From the NCBI GenBank assembly GCA_025201805.1, contig MU619305.1:65839-129838 (forward strand): a DNA stretch of 64,000 nucleotides, written 5' to 3'. Positions 1-12,339 of this stretch are shown piece by piece (the first letter of the stretch is position 1; every line of letters starts with the position of its first letter). A program made the position numbers and the translations under genes. The notes below the pieces were generated by a model. It saw only the letters and a list, made by a program, of their open reading frames with translations, ran no database searches and was not told the DNA's origin. This DNA comes from Parasitella parasitica NRRL 2501. Lineage: Eukaryota; Fungi; Mucoromycota.

Positions 1-2439
1 ATTAATTAATTACTTACGCACGCACAATCTTTTTTTTTTTTTTTTTTTTTTTTTTCATATAGACTAGTTACACCAAATAAAACTTTTATTTTAACAAAAT
101 AGCATATGTTTATTTGTATCATACAAATGTTGAAATATAATCGAGAAAGTTGCAAATCTTAAAATAGCAACAATAGCCGCAAATGACATTCATTTCTGTA
201 ACTTGTCATATCACCACTATAAAAAAAACATATAATATATCATTATAAAGACGCCACCAGATATGTAAACAAACACGTTATCATTGTCGAAAAAGAGACT
301 AGACAACGTAAACCAAGATATGTAGTAAGCACAATTAGACAAATATATGCACATCCTATGCGCTTGTTTCATACATGTTCATCTTTGTCTGTAAAAATAA
401 AAATAACAATAATAAAACGCTCATCTGTCGTTCATGTCGAAACAAACAACGTGTTCTTGTATTTGCAAGAATTAGCACATGGTGTCGGAACTGTACAGCG
501 TCAGCCTTACTTCTCAAAATAGAAAACAGAAAACCATGCATGGAATTGTTTATGTCAATCTTGTTTTTTTTATGATCAAATTTTAGAGATAGTAAAGGAG
601 AGAGAGGCGATGCCACATGTGTCGAATGCAGGTAAATGTAGCATAGCTGCAGCTCATCATATGTGCTTCACAAATACACAACAACATCCATCTGCTTGTT
701 AACGTGTACCACAACGATATCTGATAAGAATGTTATTAAATGCAGTGCATTTAAAATACCATGCTGTTGACCTTTACTATTGCTAATCGATGACAGCCTT
801 ATGGTGTGCGGAACTAATATGAATATGCAGTATAGCTTGCGAAATCATATCAGGAAAGTAATTTTTCTAACAGCACTCAAGGGTAAAAGGAAGAGTTGTT
901 TCTAGCATCAACAAAGATGCCCGTGTGTGCATTTTAGTGAATGCACTTAGTAATGAAGTTTTTTTGTTTTTGTGTAATTAAAATAAAAACATATATACGA
1001 CTCCTTGGCTGCTTGGCTTACTTGAGACAATCTGAACTTTCATCGATCTTGAATTTGTTCGTCATACATAAACAATGTCAAATATATGCACATCGCAAGA
1101 ACTTTGAGATAAAAATAAGCTCCCCCGGATCATTTAATTCAATATATTCCAAAACCCCGTTCTGATCTGATTTGGTGATAGAGTGTTCCTGACTAAAAAT
1201 ATATTTCAAGTGCTTGCTTCTGCAATGAAGATCACTAAATACCATACTTTACTCAATTCAAAAAAAAAGCACAGCATTTTAGAGCTACTTATGCACATGA
1301 AGTTTTTAAAATATTCGACAGTCTGTCTTTCATATTGCAATGGCATTGTGTCACTTGCTCGTTTCATCGAAATAGAAAAAGCATTCTGTATCAAATTCAG
1401 AAGTGTAGCTTCATCTTTTTTGGATGAAAATCAGACAAATCCAAAGGAAGCTGTGTTTATTACAGCGATGTTAGTTTTTTTTNNNNNNNNNNTTTTTTTA
1501 TCTAGTATCTGTGCCAAGCAGAAAGTGAGATTGACGTTGCATTACTATCTCGTTGCCAAACTGTCAGACACGTAACGTAAACAAGTACTCTTTTGCCTTT
1601 GGCATTTAGATATGCCTCCAGGTTTATACTGCAATGATGCACCGAATGCCAGACTCTCGTCGATCGAGCCGACCAGAAGGTTATTAGCAGCTTTTCTTTT
1701 TTGGCAGCACCACAAAGTAAACTCCAAATTTCTCATTCTCAAACACAATAAAAGAAGCTTTGGACCTGTTTGACTTTGAAAAACTTTAGGGCTTCCTCTT
1801 GCTTCTTTTCAAGTATTCACAATCATTGGGAATTTTGACAGCATATGATAACTCACTTTCTATATTGTATCTTTTGTCAATATTTCCTTTTATTACTATG
1901 CACATTTTCTAGTCAATTCTTCTGTTGCAAATAAAACCACCAGCTAATAGTATATTTTTAACATCATATCTGGAGCTCCTTGTCTGCCTTGACATAGACT
2001 GAAACTTCTTTGAACCTTACAAAATCCATAAAAAGCGAACCATTCGCTAATTTTTGGAAGTATATGATTCGCAGATCTTGGAAGAAAAAAAAGTTTCTTC
2101 CAATTTTTGGATTATAATTCTTTTTTTATGATATACAATCATCTGCTGTTCCTTTTTACTATTCTAAAAGAACCGAAATCTGCGCCGTTAAATCAGATAA
2201 ATGTTCCGGGTGCATCATTAATAATTTCATGAAATTATACCACCCTCCTTTACGTATAACTCTACAAAGAAAAAGAAAAAACATACTTGAGCAAGTGCCT
2301 AAAATTATGCATTCAAGGAAATGATACCCCTTAATTTCAAATTGCACATGTTTGAAGGCTGTGACTAAAAGCTGTTTTCCAAAATAAAGATGAAAAAAGC
2401 TTGAAAAAATATGCTACTACCCTCCTTTCCAAAGAATTT

Positions 2440-4140
2440 ATGATGAAACGCAAACAACGTAAACAACGCAAGAATTTGAAAAAGAAAAAAAACCATAGCT
2501 ATAAAGACATATCGGCTCAAGAAAACCCAGAGTTTCAAGATACGTTTAGAATTAACCAAGCTCTGAGGACAGAAAATTACAACCTATTGAGAGAGATTGG
2601 CCAAGAAACTGGCTTCGTAAGCGATGCTATTCGAAGAAGAGTATGGTACCGTGTTTTTTATGTCACACTCAAACATGCGTTCTGATTTTTGGAGATGTAT
2701 GTAGGCCTTTTTTATTGCATTGTACCGACATAAATCAAGTAAAAGTTACCGAAGGTTCTTTGGATGGTATGCAAAGCATACTCTAGTATGGTAAAACTCT
2801 ATTAAGGAAAAACAACTAAATTTTGTACATAGCTCCACACAAGGACGAAGAACAAGTCAAGTTAGATGTCGTTCGTTCGTTCAATACATTCCCTAAAAGT
2901 AAATTTGTACAAAGAGGGGGGGGGGGACAGGAGAGCAGTGTATCTGATTAAATTGATACGTAGATGTCAACAAAGAGGACAAAGCGAAGCTTCAAGACCA
3001 ATTGAAACGTGTAATAGTACATGTATTGCGATCGTATCCGTCATTGCATTATTACCAAGTAAGTAAAAGCTGCTACAGCAATCGAATGTATTTGACAGGT
3101 ATTTTCTGTAGGGTTTTCATGACATTTGCTCAGTATTCATTCTGTTATTCGGTGAAAAGTATGCTTGCAAGTTAATGGAGCCTGTTGCACTGTTTTTCTT
3201 GAGATATCCTTTTTTTATGCTCAAAAACTAATAATATGCCTTGCACTTTGTTATATCGTCCTTAACCTTTACTTACAGATGAGATGTATGTGACAATGGA
3301 ACCTGTTTTGAAACAATTGACAATTTTGGATACGATTATTCGACTAGAAGATCTGGAATTGTACGAGTTTATTGCAGAGTAAGGCGTTATCAGTTCATTC
3401 ACATATAACAAGAAATTGACACCGTAATTGCATCAGAGCAGGAGTTTTACCGTATTACTCTCTCTCTTGGGTTATTACATGGTGTAGCCATGATTTAGAT
3501 GATTTAGAAAAGATTACTCGACTTTTTGATCTGTTCTTATCATCTAACCCATTCATGGTTGTTTATTTTGCTGCGGCGGTGGTTCTGTCTCGACGAGAGC
3601 AAGTACTAGATTTGCCTTGTGATACAAGCACTATTCATAGCTTCCTCACCAAATTACCAAAAGACTTGAATGTGGATTTTTTGTGTCAAACGGCCTGTGA
3701 ACTGGAGGAGAAATACTCTGTTTTTGAAATACAATGTCAAAGCACTATCGCGTTAGATCAAGTGTCAGCAATCAACCGATATGCACAAGACTGGCTATCA
3801 CTGACTTCTTTACAAGCGTTTAATGATATAATCAAAAATAAGATTATCCCTATCTTGCAAGATAAAAATGAACGCAAGCCAATTAAGCTTACACCGATCT
3901 TGGCAACCTCACAGCACGTAAATCAATCTAACACTATCTTGCAAAAATTGCGACAACTGGATAAAAAAGATGCCTTTTTCTACGCTTTGCTCACTGTTGG
4001 AACTGGTGTTGGTTTAGTGGCTATATTTATGTCAAATTCAGATCTCATTAGGTACAGTCAAAAAATACTCGTATATAAATGTATATAGAAAAATTAATTA
4101 AATTATTCTTACAAGGGAGTGGATGATAACAGGTGTATAG
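2440..4140 (+). CDS. GYP8: TBC-domain Rab GTPase-activating protein (TBC1D20/Gyp8 family), multi-exon, C-terminal TM anchor
   Basis: Spliced translation gives IRRRVW, DEEQVKLDVVRSF, LHYYQGFHDI, LRDEMYVTME and LSWVITWCSHD..RLFDLFL (TBC motifs), plus a hydrophobic tail FFYALLTVGTGVGLVAIF. The end is 4088 if the last intron is not used. Confidence 0.88.
3204..3276 (+). other. U12-type (minor spliceosome) AT-AC intron in the TBC gene
   Basis: 5' site ATATCCTTT at 3204, branch TCCTTAAC at 3259-3266, terminal AC at 3275-3276. Removal restores LFFLR-DEMYVTME; read-through hits TAA. Confidence 0.88.
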
Positions 4141-4193
4141 TAGTTATATGACAATTAATAAAGGTCTAAGCGTATGTAAAAGAAGAAATGGGT

Positions 4194-5413
4194 TTATATT
4201 GGCTTTTTACCCATCGTGGAAACCATGGACCATCTAGGTTCCGGCTGCTTTTGGCAATTGGCAACCAGTTGATCTAAAAACTGGGGATAGTCTTCATTTG
4301 GCACTTGTAAATGCTCTCCTAAGAAGGGCTGACCACTTTTGAAAATGGATCGAATATCCCACAAAAACTCTCTGTTTAAATGATCATGACGACCGGGGAA
4401 AGAATGCTTCTTCACACAATGTACAACTTCAAATCCTTCCAATTCCATATACTTTTTCATTTCATCAGCGATATAAGGTTCTTGACCACGTTCGATCATT
4501 CTCTCTTTAACTACAATTTTATACAAGTATACATGTGTATTTTTAAGTATACAGCCAGATACACATATATCTTTTAAAATTACAATGACCACTTACATAT
4601 TTTTCCAGCCCATTTCACAAAATCATTTCCTACCTCCAGCATGCTAGCTTCTCTTGACAATATAAACCCACCGGGCTTTAACACTCGCTTAATTTCCTTC
4701 AATACAGGTGCCCACTCTTCTGTCTTGAATGCGAGGATAAACATTCTTAAATTGACCATATCGAATGTATTGTCTTCAAAAGCTAAGCCGTCCAAAATGT
4801 TTCCAACTTGGAACCTGACGTTTGCTGGTCTAATGTTATTAGGGTATATATCGCACATATCAATGCCAATGAATTCACTCGATGGATATTCTGTTGCAAC
4901 GTCCATAATCCATGTGCCAGGCCCGCAGCCCAAATCCAGTATCTTGGCGCCATCTTCAAATGGAATTGAGTCGTCTTGAAAGGCTTCTTGTGGGATATTT
5001 CTAAAAGGAGGTTAATGTCTGATAAGCATATGGGTGCTAAATAGGTTCTTTGCGTACCCATTGAATAAAGTCTTTAGAGCAAAGTGTTGCTATATAGTCG
5101 ACAGATTAAATTAGATTGTATTCAATGAGCTGCCAACTTTTGTATGACTTACACCAACAAGTCGATCCATCTCTTCATCATCATTTGGGAACCAGTAAAC
5201 AGAGCCTGTTTCATTATGAAATTTTCTACCATTTAGAATAATGCCATCGGACGATTGACTTGACGTTGAGGGGGGTCTACTCCTGTTTTTACTTTCATTT
5301 GAAAGCGATCCTTTATGAGACTGATCAAGGGAGATCTTTTTCGATGAAGGCTGAAGTCGTGAAGACACCCGTTTTCGATTTTGATGTGCTGATAGTCGAA
5401 CTCCCATTTTCAT
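4194..5413 (-). CDS. Class I SAM-dependent methyltransferase, LaeA-like (Methyltransf_23/25 type), 4 exons
   Basis: YWFPNDDEEMDRL..QHFALK, ILDLGCGPGTW..VATEYP..EFIGID, FEDNTFDMV, RVLKPGG, C-terminal GKKP. Confidence 0.88.
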
Positions 5414-6634
5414 TAATTAGCCAAAAAGAAGTGAAGGAAAAGAGAGAAATGGACTTTTTTTTTCGAATTTATTTAGCCGGGCATAAGAAACAATAGTATT
5501 TTGTCTTACTAAAAAATTGATTGCTATTGTTTGCTGTCAATTTAGCTTCAGTTCCACAGATTAAACCCCCTAATTCTTTATAAGCGGCTTGTAGTCATAC
5601 ATCAGATTATTGAACTATGTGCATGAGGTTTATGATAAATAAAGTCCAAATTATCACTGCTGCATTGCAAGAGAATTGACTGTTAACAAGAAAACATCCA
5701 CAGAGATTTCAAAAACTGAAATTATGGAATTTTGGGGTAGCTCATACGATAGTGAAGTACTTTGAGAGCATCTGACAAGGAAGACTGAACTCATAAGAAG
5801 ACTGAAGCTGATAAACCAAGGCCTAAGGCATATGAAGAACACTCAAAGATCAATTCGACCTCTTGGTGAACGTCGCGACAATTTGGAGAAGCAATTGTTG
5901 AAAATAATACTTGCTCTCCACACCCTCAAGAGAATCAAACCAGAAGTAGACATTCAATAGTACAAGAAGTCTTTTTACCGTCTTATTCAACATTTTTAAA
6001 CGTTTCTGAAGAGTGCAGATGATTCTTCGGATAGAGAAGACAAAATGTGCGCATCAGAAGAGGAAGCACATGGTCGCCGAAGAAATGCTATCAAATGCCT
6101 ATATTTGTCCATAAGGCAAAAAGACGTGTAAAAAAAAACTAGATAATGTAGTAGCTGGGTATGCTCGAAAGTGCTATGGAAACAAAGTGTATACACACGT
6201 TTTTGCCTGCTACAACTCTAAATTGGCAGGTTCCATGGTAGATATCTCTCAAGAAATTTGTCTATCTCTTCTCATTGCAGTGCTGCAGTGCATCAGCTGA
6301 ATCCTTACCACATGTCTGTATAGATTTTGCTGAGCATTGAGAATAATTTGCATGCTCCATGGTGGGACATTAGGCGTTTCTCTGATATAAAACTATCTCA
6401 TTTTCTGGATCTCCAATGCAAAATTATGTCAACAATAAACACGGATCGATGCACAATTAGTGAACCATTCTCAAAAAAAAAAAAGACGAGAGCGAGCAGA
6501 AAATGTATAATGATTTCAACATGAATGATGTGGCACTTCAGCAACTTCATATCATGCTGGCTGGATTTGAGTAACATCTCGTCACCTTTAGCCCAAACTT
6601 ATATTTTCTTTTTTCTTCACTTTCTGCATAATAA

Positions 6635-7813
6635 ATGTCTTTTAACGATTTGGAGCAAGGTCTTGGGTCTCCCAACACTTCTAGAATTGTACCCAACACA
6701 ACAAATCTTGTATCAGGTATACTTTTTGCTTTGTTTTATTTGATAAAGCTTTTCTTTTAATTCTCCTTTGGTTTTTAATCAGTCTTCTTGTTATTGTATA
6801 GGTGATGATCGAGAGCATAAAGAACTGACACAGCGCATTGCACAGCAAATTTTCCATATCAATGGAAATATACGTAGTATTGAGCGACTAGTTAATTTCC
6901 TTGGAGGACCCCGAGATACTAGTGAGATTCGAGGAAAATTGTAAGTGAATGGTCAATCTTGGCACTGGGTAAGGCTGTGTAAGTCATAACATTACTTTTT
7001 TCCTCAAGACACGATGTTACCAATGCTACTCGTGACCTTATCAAAGACTCCACACATGATATGAAATCTCTTTCCTCGTATCAATCCCTAGATCCCAAGA
7101 AAAGTGTACGCTACCAAAATGATCCCTGCATTTCATTGTTTAACACATGAGGTAGACACAACGTAGATTAGAACAACAAAAACTATCCAAAGATTTCCAG
7201 AATGTTTTGTCAATTTTTCAAAAGGTTCAGAAAACATCAGCAAGTAAACAGCGTGAATATGTTGATAAAGCAAAGGCAACTACAGTCATGCTGCAATCAC
7301 AGGCTGTGTAAGTAAAAGCATATGCAAGTGTGCCGGTTCTCACCCATTTTTACCTTTATAGAGCAAGTGGAGAGGATTTTGACGACGAACAGCAGAACGG
7401 GTCATTGATGGAGAGTCAACGTCAGATGCAATTAGTGGCGTTAGATAATGAAATTGAATACAACGAACTTTTAATTACTGAACGAGAGGGTGAAATACAA
7501 AATATTGAACAAGGTATAACAGAACTCAATGAAATTTTCCGTGATATGGGCATGCTGGTCAATGAACAAGAAAGTGGTATTCGTAAGTTTTGCAGTGTTT
7601 TGACTGAATCACATCTCAACACTAAAGACGCCTAAAACAGAGAGTATCTATGGCAACGTTTTAAACATAGCGCAGAATACAAGGCAAGCTGCTGATGAGC
7701 TTGTGGTAGCAAACCGTCACCAAAAGAGTGCAAGAAGAAACATGTGCTGCTTCCTCTTGATAATTACCGTAGTAGGTTGCATTTTGGCTTTGATTATAGT
7801 CATTGCAAAATAA
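6635..7813 (+). CDS. Endosomal/vacuolar Qa-SNARE syntaxin (Pep12/Vam3/STX7 type)
   Basis: Starts MSFNDLEQG; Habc region LGGPRDTSEIR and QQKLSKDFQ; SNARE motif LITEREGEIQNIEQGITELNEIFRDMGMLVNEQ; C-terminal TM CCFLLIITVVGCILALIIVIAK. Confidence 0.9.
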
Positions 7814-7819
7814 AGTTTA

Positions 7820-9739
7820 TTATCTTCTTTCTTCTGAAATAGAAAGTGATCTTTCCATGACTTGATGAAGATATTTTTTATTGGCCTCGTCGTCAGACAA
7901 CGCCATGTCTAGTTCATCTTCCTCGTCATCTTGTTCAAATCCTGTTAACAACGGATCATTTTCGTAGGTAGGGATCAAATAGCGAGGGTCTATCCAGAAG
8001 GGTGCGTCCATCGGAACAAATTTGGCAATGCAATCCTCCTGTTTAAGATGCTCCTCCAATTCGGTTTCGCTATCCGTTACTTTTCCACACGAGAAACAGG
8101 TGCCAAGAGATGATTGATGTCGAATAAAGTTGATCAATCGAATAATTTGATAAAAGTCCAACTCTAGTTTTGTTTGACAAGTTTCCTTGAATAATGGCAC
8201 TCTTTTTTTTTTTTCATTCTTTAACACACATATATACCTTTACTCTTGCCAAGTTCGGTTAAATCAAAGTGGTGAACTGTTTTCATATGCTCAAGAGTTT
8301 CCTTTGGCGAAGACAGTACTTGCGTATCAAACAGACACATTGTTGATTCCTGCACGTCTTCTTCCCAATCTGCCCAAGATCTGTAATATAACATGTGAGT
8401 TGTATCGCTTGTTATGTTCTCACCATAAACATACTCATCCTTTTTTTCATCGTCACTATCATAATTATCGTTTTCAAAACTCTCCCAATTCTTTCCAGGC
8501 TCTAAATAATTAATAACATAAAATCTGTCGTATTGCCTATTTTTGGACGCAATCTTGAAGTGCTTCTTCTTTCTCATATGCTTACGTAAAACGGCAGGAC
8601 TTGTAAAGGTCTTTTCGCAATACAAGCATTGGAGTCTAAAAACCTTGTTGGTTTTTGTGGTACTTTTTTGAATGAGAGAAACGGTGCTACTCACTTTGAT
8701 AGCTTAGCGTCCAGTGTATCCAGAAATTCATTCACTTGCACCAAATTATCAGGTAATCCAATATTGAAGTTATGTTCGGCAAACATGTGCTTGAATAAAA
8801 TTGCTCTATGAAATTGATGGATGTTAGTGATGTTTTATGGGGCTCAAAGACTATCATTTTACCTGTTCTCACAGACGATTTTGCAAAAGAGACATTTGCG
8901 AGGTGCCTTTGAATCAGTCTCACGTTCATTTTGTTGAGTTTTGAGAACTTCATTCTACATAAATCCACAAAGCAATTAATATTGCTATATACACATCTGG
9001 CATTAAAATTGAATTCATACCAGTTTTGTACGTTGCATCTCCTCTCTGATATCTTTATCCAATGCACATTTTTCAGGATCAATCACATAGACTGTCAAAA
9101 TAAAGTTGTTGAGTGTCACGTCCAACATACGGGTATGAGTAGGCAAAACCTACTTTGACCATTATTCGCCAAAGGTTCCAATTGAGCATATTCAGTAATA
9201 GGCTTCAAAGTCAACTCTTTTGCCCATCTTGCTAAATATGCATCCAAAGCCATATACATATGATGAAGATTTCTAAACATGAGCTTATGCTCTCCTTTCA
9301 AATGCTTGACCAAAGAAGTAGTATCCATAAAAGGAACTGGAGAATTGCAATCATCCAAAGGACAAGAAATAACAACGGTTGTGTGATAGGGAGGAACAGG
9401 AAGGTCGATAGGATCCACCTGTCCGTCATCCTCTTCCTCATCAGAATCATCATCTTCGGCAGCTGCGTGGAATGGGTTCGAAGGTAACAAAGTATCATTT
9501 CCATGATGATGACTCCGAGTGCTTGATTTAGGCGCTCTGTTGGCAGTCATCGTAGGCTTCTTATTGTCATTCTTTGGATGACTAGGTCCATTGACTTTGT
9601 GTCTTGACTTGCGCCGAGGTTTAGAGGTTTGTGGAGGTGCAGCTGTGCATTTCGCAGTATTCACACTTGATGCATCTGCTACGGATGTATGCGTGTGCTT
9701 ATTGCTTGTTACTGTGTGCCACTCGCCGTCGTCAGCCAT
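7820..9739 (-). CDS. ZNF277: ZNF277-like C2H2 zinc-finger protein
   Basis: HMFAEHNFNIGLPDNLV, CLYCEKTF....LRKHMRKKKH, YDRFYVINYLEPGKNW, LDFYQIIRLINFIR, PTYENDPLL. Confidence 0.88.
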
Positions 9740-10169
9740 GTTTTATCAGTGTTGGTGTATATGTAATAATAATAAGAAAGAAGAATAGAAAATTTTGAAC
9801 CTTTCGTAAAGAAGTATGGATGGATTTCTCCGTCACACATCCATTGGCTACTTTTCACGAATATGCTTTACGATAATAATACAAGATGAACAAACACTTT
9901 AGAGCCGTCAGACCACACAATTAGCTTGTACGGTATAAGGTCATCGTTATATATAAGTTACTTCACTTCAGTTGTGTTTCGCCCCTTTATGTGTTTTTAG
10001 CTCAGTTTGGATCATATCATCTGCGGTTGACGCTGGAAATTTAAAGATCAAATTTAATGAGTAAAAACATGTAATAATTCGGTTTACATTTGACAGCAAA
10101 ATAACTAACTTTGTGATACCAATGGGTGCTATTTTTTGGCTACATTAATATTGGAATTGGACAAATATA

Positions 10170-10791
10170 TAGTAAAAGTGCTCACAGCATCCCAAAATCG
10201 TAACAAATCACTGCTTTAAAAATGTATTTTGGTAAATTTTACCAATTTTTTTTTCGCCAAATCACTACTAGTTAAGTATACTCAATTTCCAGACACTTTT
10301 TAAGAGATTTCCAGCGAATTTTCTGATCATCGAAAAATTCATGATTTTTCATGAGTGACCCCTCCTAAAAAATGATAGCTTTGAAATTATTCGATTTTTC
10401 ACTCAAAATGCGACACTTTTATCATAACGTATGCTGAAAGAAAATGTGCGTAGAAGTTTAATACTTCATCCCAAACTATAAAACACCAAACTACACGCAT
10501 AATTTTTTGATTTTTCCTTAATTTTTTGAATTTTGAATTTTGATTGATAGAGAATGTTTTTGTCAAAAAACGTAATAAACAAAAAGTACTGTGAGGTAAC
10601 TCTTTTTAAAACACATAAGAAGGCTTAAAACGATAAAAGGTTTTAACTTGTACAAATGCGATGAAAAAAATCTTTATAGTTTTTTATTGTCATTTTTTGT
10701 CATTTTAATCAGGAAACCGGGAAACCCTTGTCAACCTCAAAATTTAAATCCAATCTCCGCTAATGCTGTTTTCATGCTGTCAGAGACACTA
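10170..10791. mobile_element. Possible decayed non-autonomous DNA transposon (MITE-like)
   Basis: Non-coding, A/T-tract rich. Weak inverted ends (agtgctcacagcat near 10178 vs atgctgtcagagacact near 10774) and an internal palindrome ttggtaaa-t-tttaccaa near 10229. Confidence 0.25.
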
Positions 10792-11106
10792 TTGAATGCG
10801 TTTACATATGGTTTTAATACTGTTAGGTATACAGATCAACCTTCAAGGTCTACAGAGATAGTAACACCAATTATACATGAGTATTAATTGAGTATTTACT
10901 TGCAAAAACACCGCATGATTGGCAAAATGAACATAAAATCACCATTTTTACAGTTTGACTGAATGGCCTACAACCTCACAAGCACACCATAGTTGGTTGT
11001 ATGTATCAAGGACGTAAACAAACCATAAATAATAGATATAAGATACAAAACTTTTTTTTTAATTACCAACTTTAAAAAATACATACACACATGTCTCCGT
11101 AGCACA

Positions 11107-11598
11107 TTACTCGACAACCTTGGCAAGGATTTCAGAATCACGGAACAAGATGTATTCCTATTCAAACAGCAGCAATGTTTAGCTATCACCAATCCACTAC
11201 ATGACTTTTTCATCAATTTTACCTCTCCAGAAACCTTAACGTGATTCCCGCCAAAAGGAGGAAGAATGACCTTATCACCAGTATTTACTTGAAGAGGGAT
11301 ATGACCACCTTCTTTGTTAAGAGCGCCCTTGCCCACAGCAACGACATAAGCTTCATTCATAGCTTCTTGGGCCTTCTCGGGAATAAAGATACCTGAAGAA
11401 GTTTTCTATCGTATATGCTGTGTTGAGCATTTCTGTTGTCTGCACTTGTTTATATAGTTTATACATACCTCAACTGGCTTGATACGTTGAACTAAAACTC
11501 GATCAAGAAGAGGGATAATGTTCTTAAGTTTGTTGGCTGCAGACTAATGATTGATCAGATTGAAGTCTTCCACGTGAAGTTATGTAAATTAGTACCAT
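11107..11598 (-). CDS. HSP10: Mitochondrial co-chaperonin Hsp10 (GroES family); first coding exon is only the ATG
   Basis: M|SAANKLKNIIPLLDRVLVQR..KTSSGIFIPEKAQ..VVAVGKG..GDKVILPPFGG..FRDSEILAKVVE*. Confidence 0.93.
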
Positions 11599-12339
11599 TT
11601 AAACGTTCTTGAATGTTGTATAGAAAAAAAAAGGTTTCTTGCTTGCCACCCCCCTCCTTTGCGTTGGAGCCAAGGGACCCAGGGTTGACCAATGGAATGT
11701 TGTCTTGTTCTCTTACAGCCAACCTAATTCTACAATATCATTCACAGCCAGAAACAGCTGATTAGTGACGACGATGCCTGTCTGTACTGCTGCTGATCTT
11801 TCAAGCATGGTATTATCCAAATATTAGATTCATGGCAACTAGTTGAGCTAAGCTGTATAGAAAATAAGTTCGAATAGTATTCACTGACGATTACGGTTAT
11901 AACTTACTAGTCCGAAGCAAGCTCAATTGTTTGCGCCAGCGTTTTTGTCAGACCGTTCAAAGTTGATAAGCCAGAAGATGTAGCGTCAGAAAATGAGGCA
12001 TTAGCTGTAGGACAGTTATACGATGAGGACGAGGTGCTAAATACCTAGGTATATGAAATTGTTAACACTAAAGAAATTGCAGGTATTTGATATCATTTTT
12101 TATCTCTTTTTCTTTGTCTCTTTTGTTTATTTTCCCATTTTATCTTCTTGTATCTCATCCTATCTTTTCTTCTCTTCTTATTCTTTTATTAGTTTTTTCC
12201 TCTGCTTAATTTCATCTTTCTATCTTTTATTTTCCACGTATCTCCAAGCGTATATCCCCTTCGTATCACTCCGCCATCTCCATAATTCATCTTCAGGTGT
12301 CGTCCTTCCTTCTCAGTGTCGCCGGCCACTCTCCGTTCT

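Noticed and set aside
5540-6300. Coding-like broken frames between the methyltransferase and syntaxin genes
   Set aside because: Multiple stops and no recognisable motif; possibly TE debris but cannot be supported.
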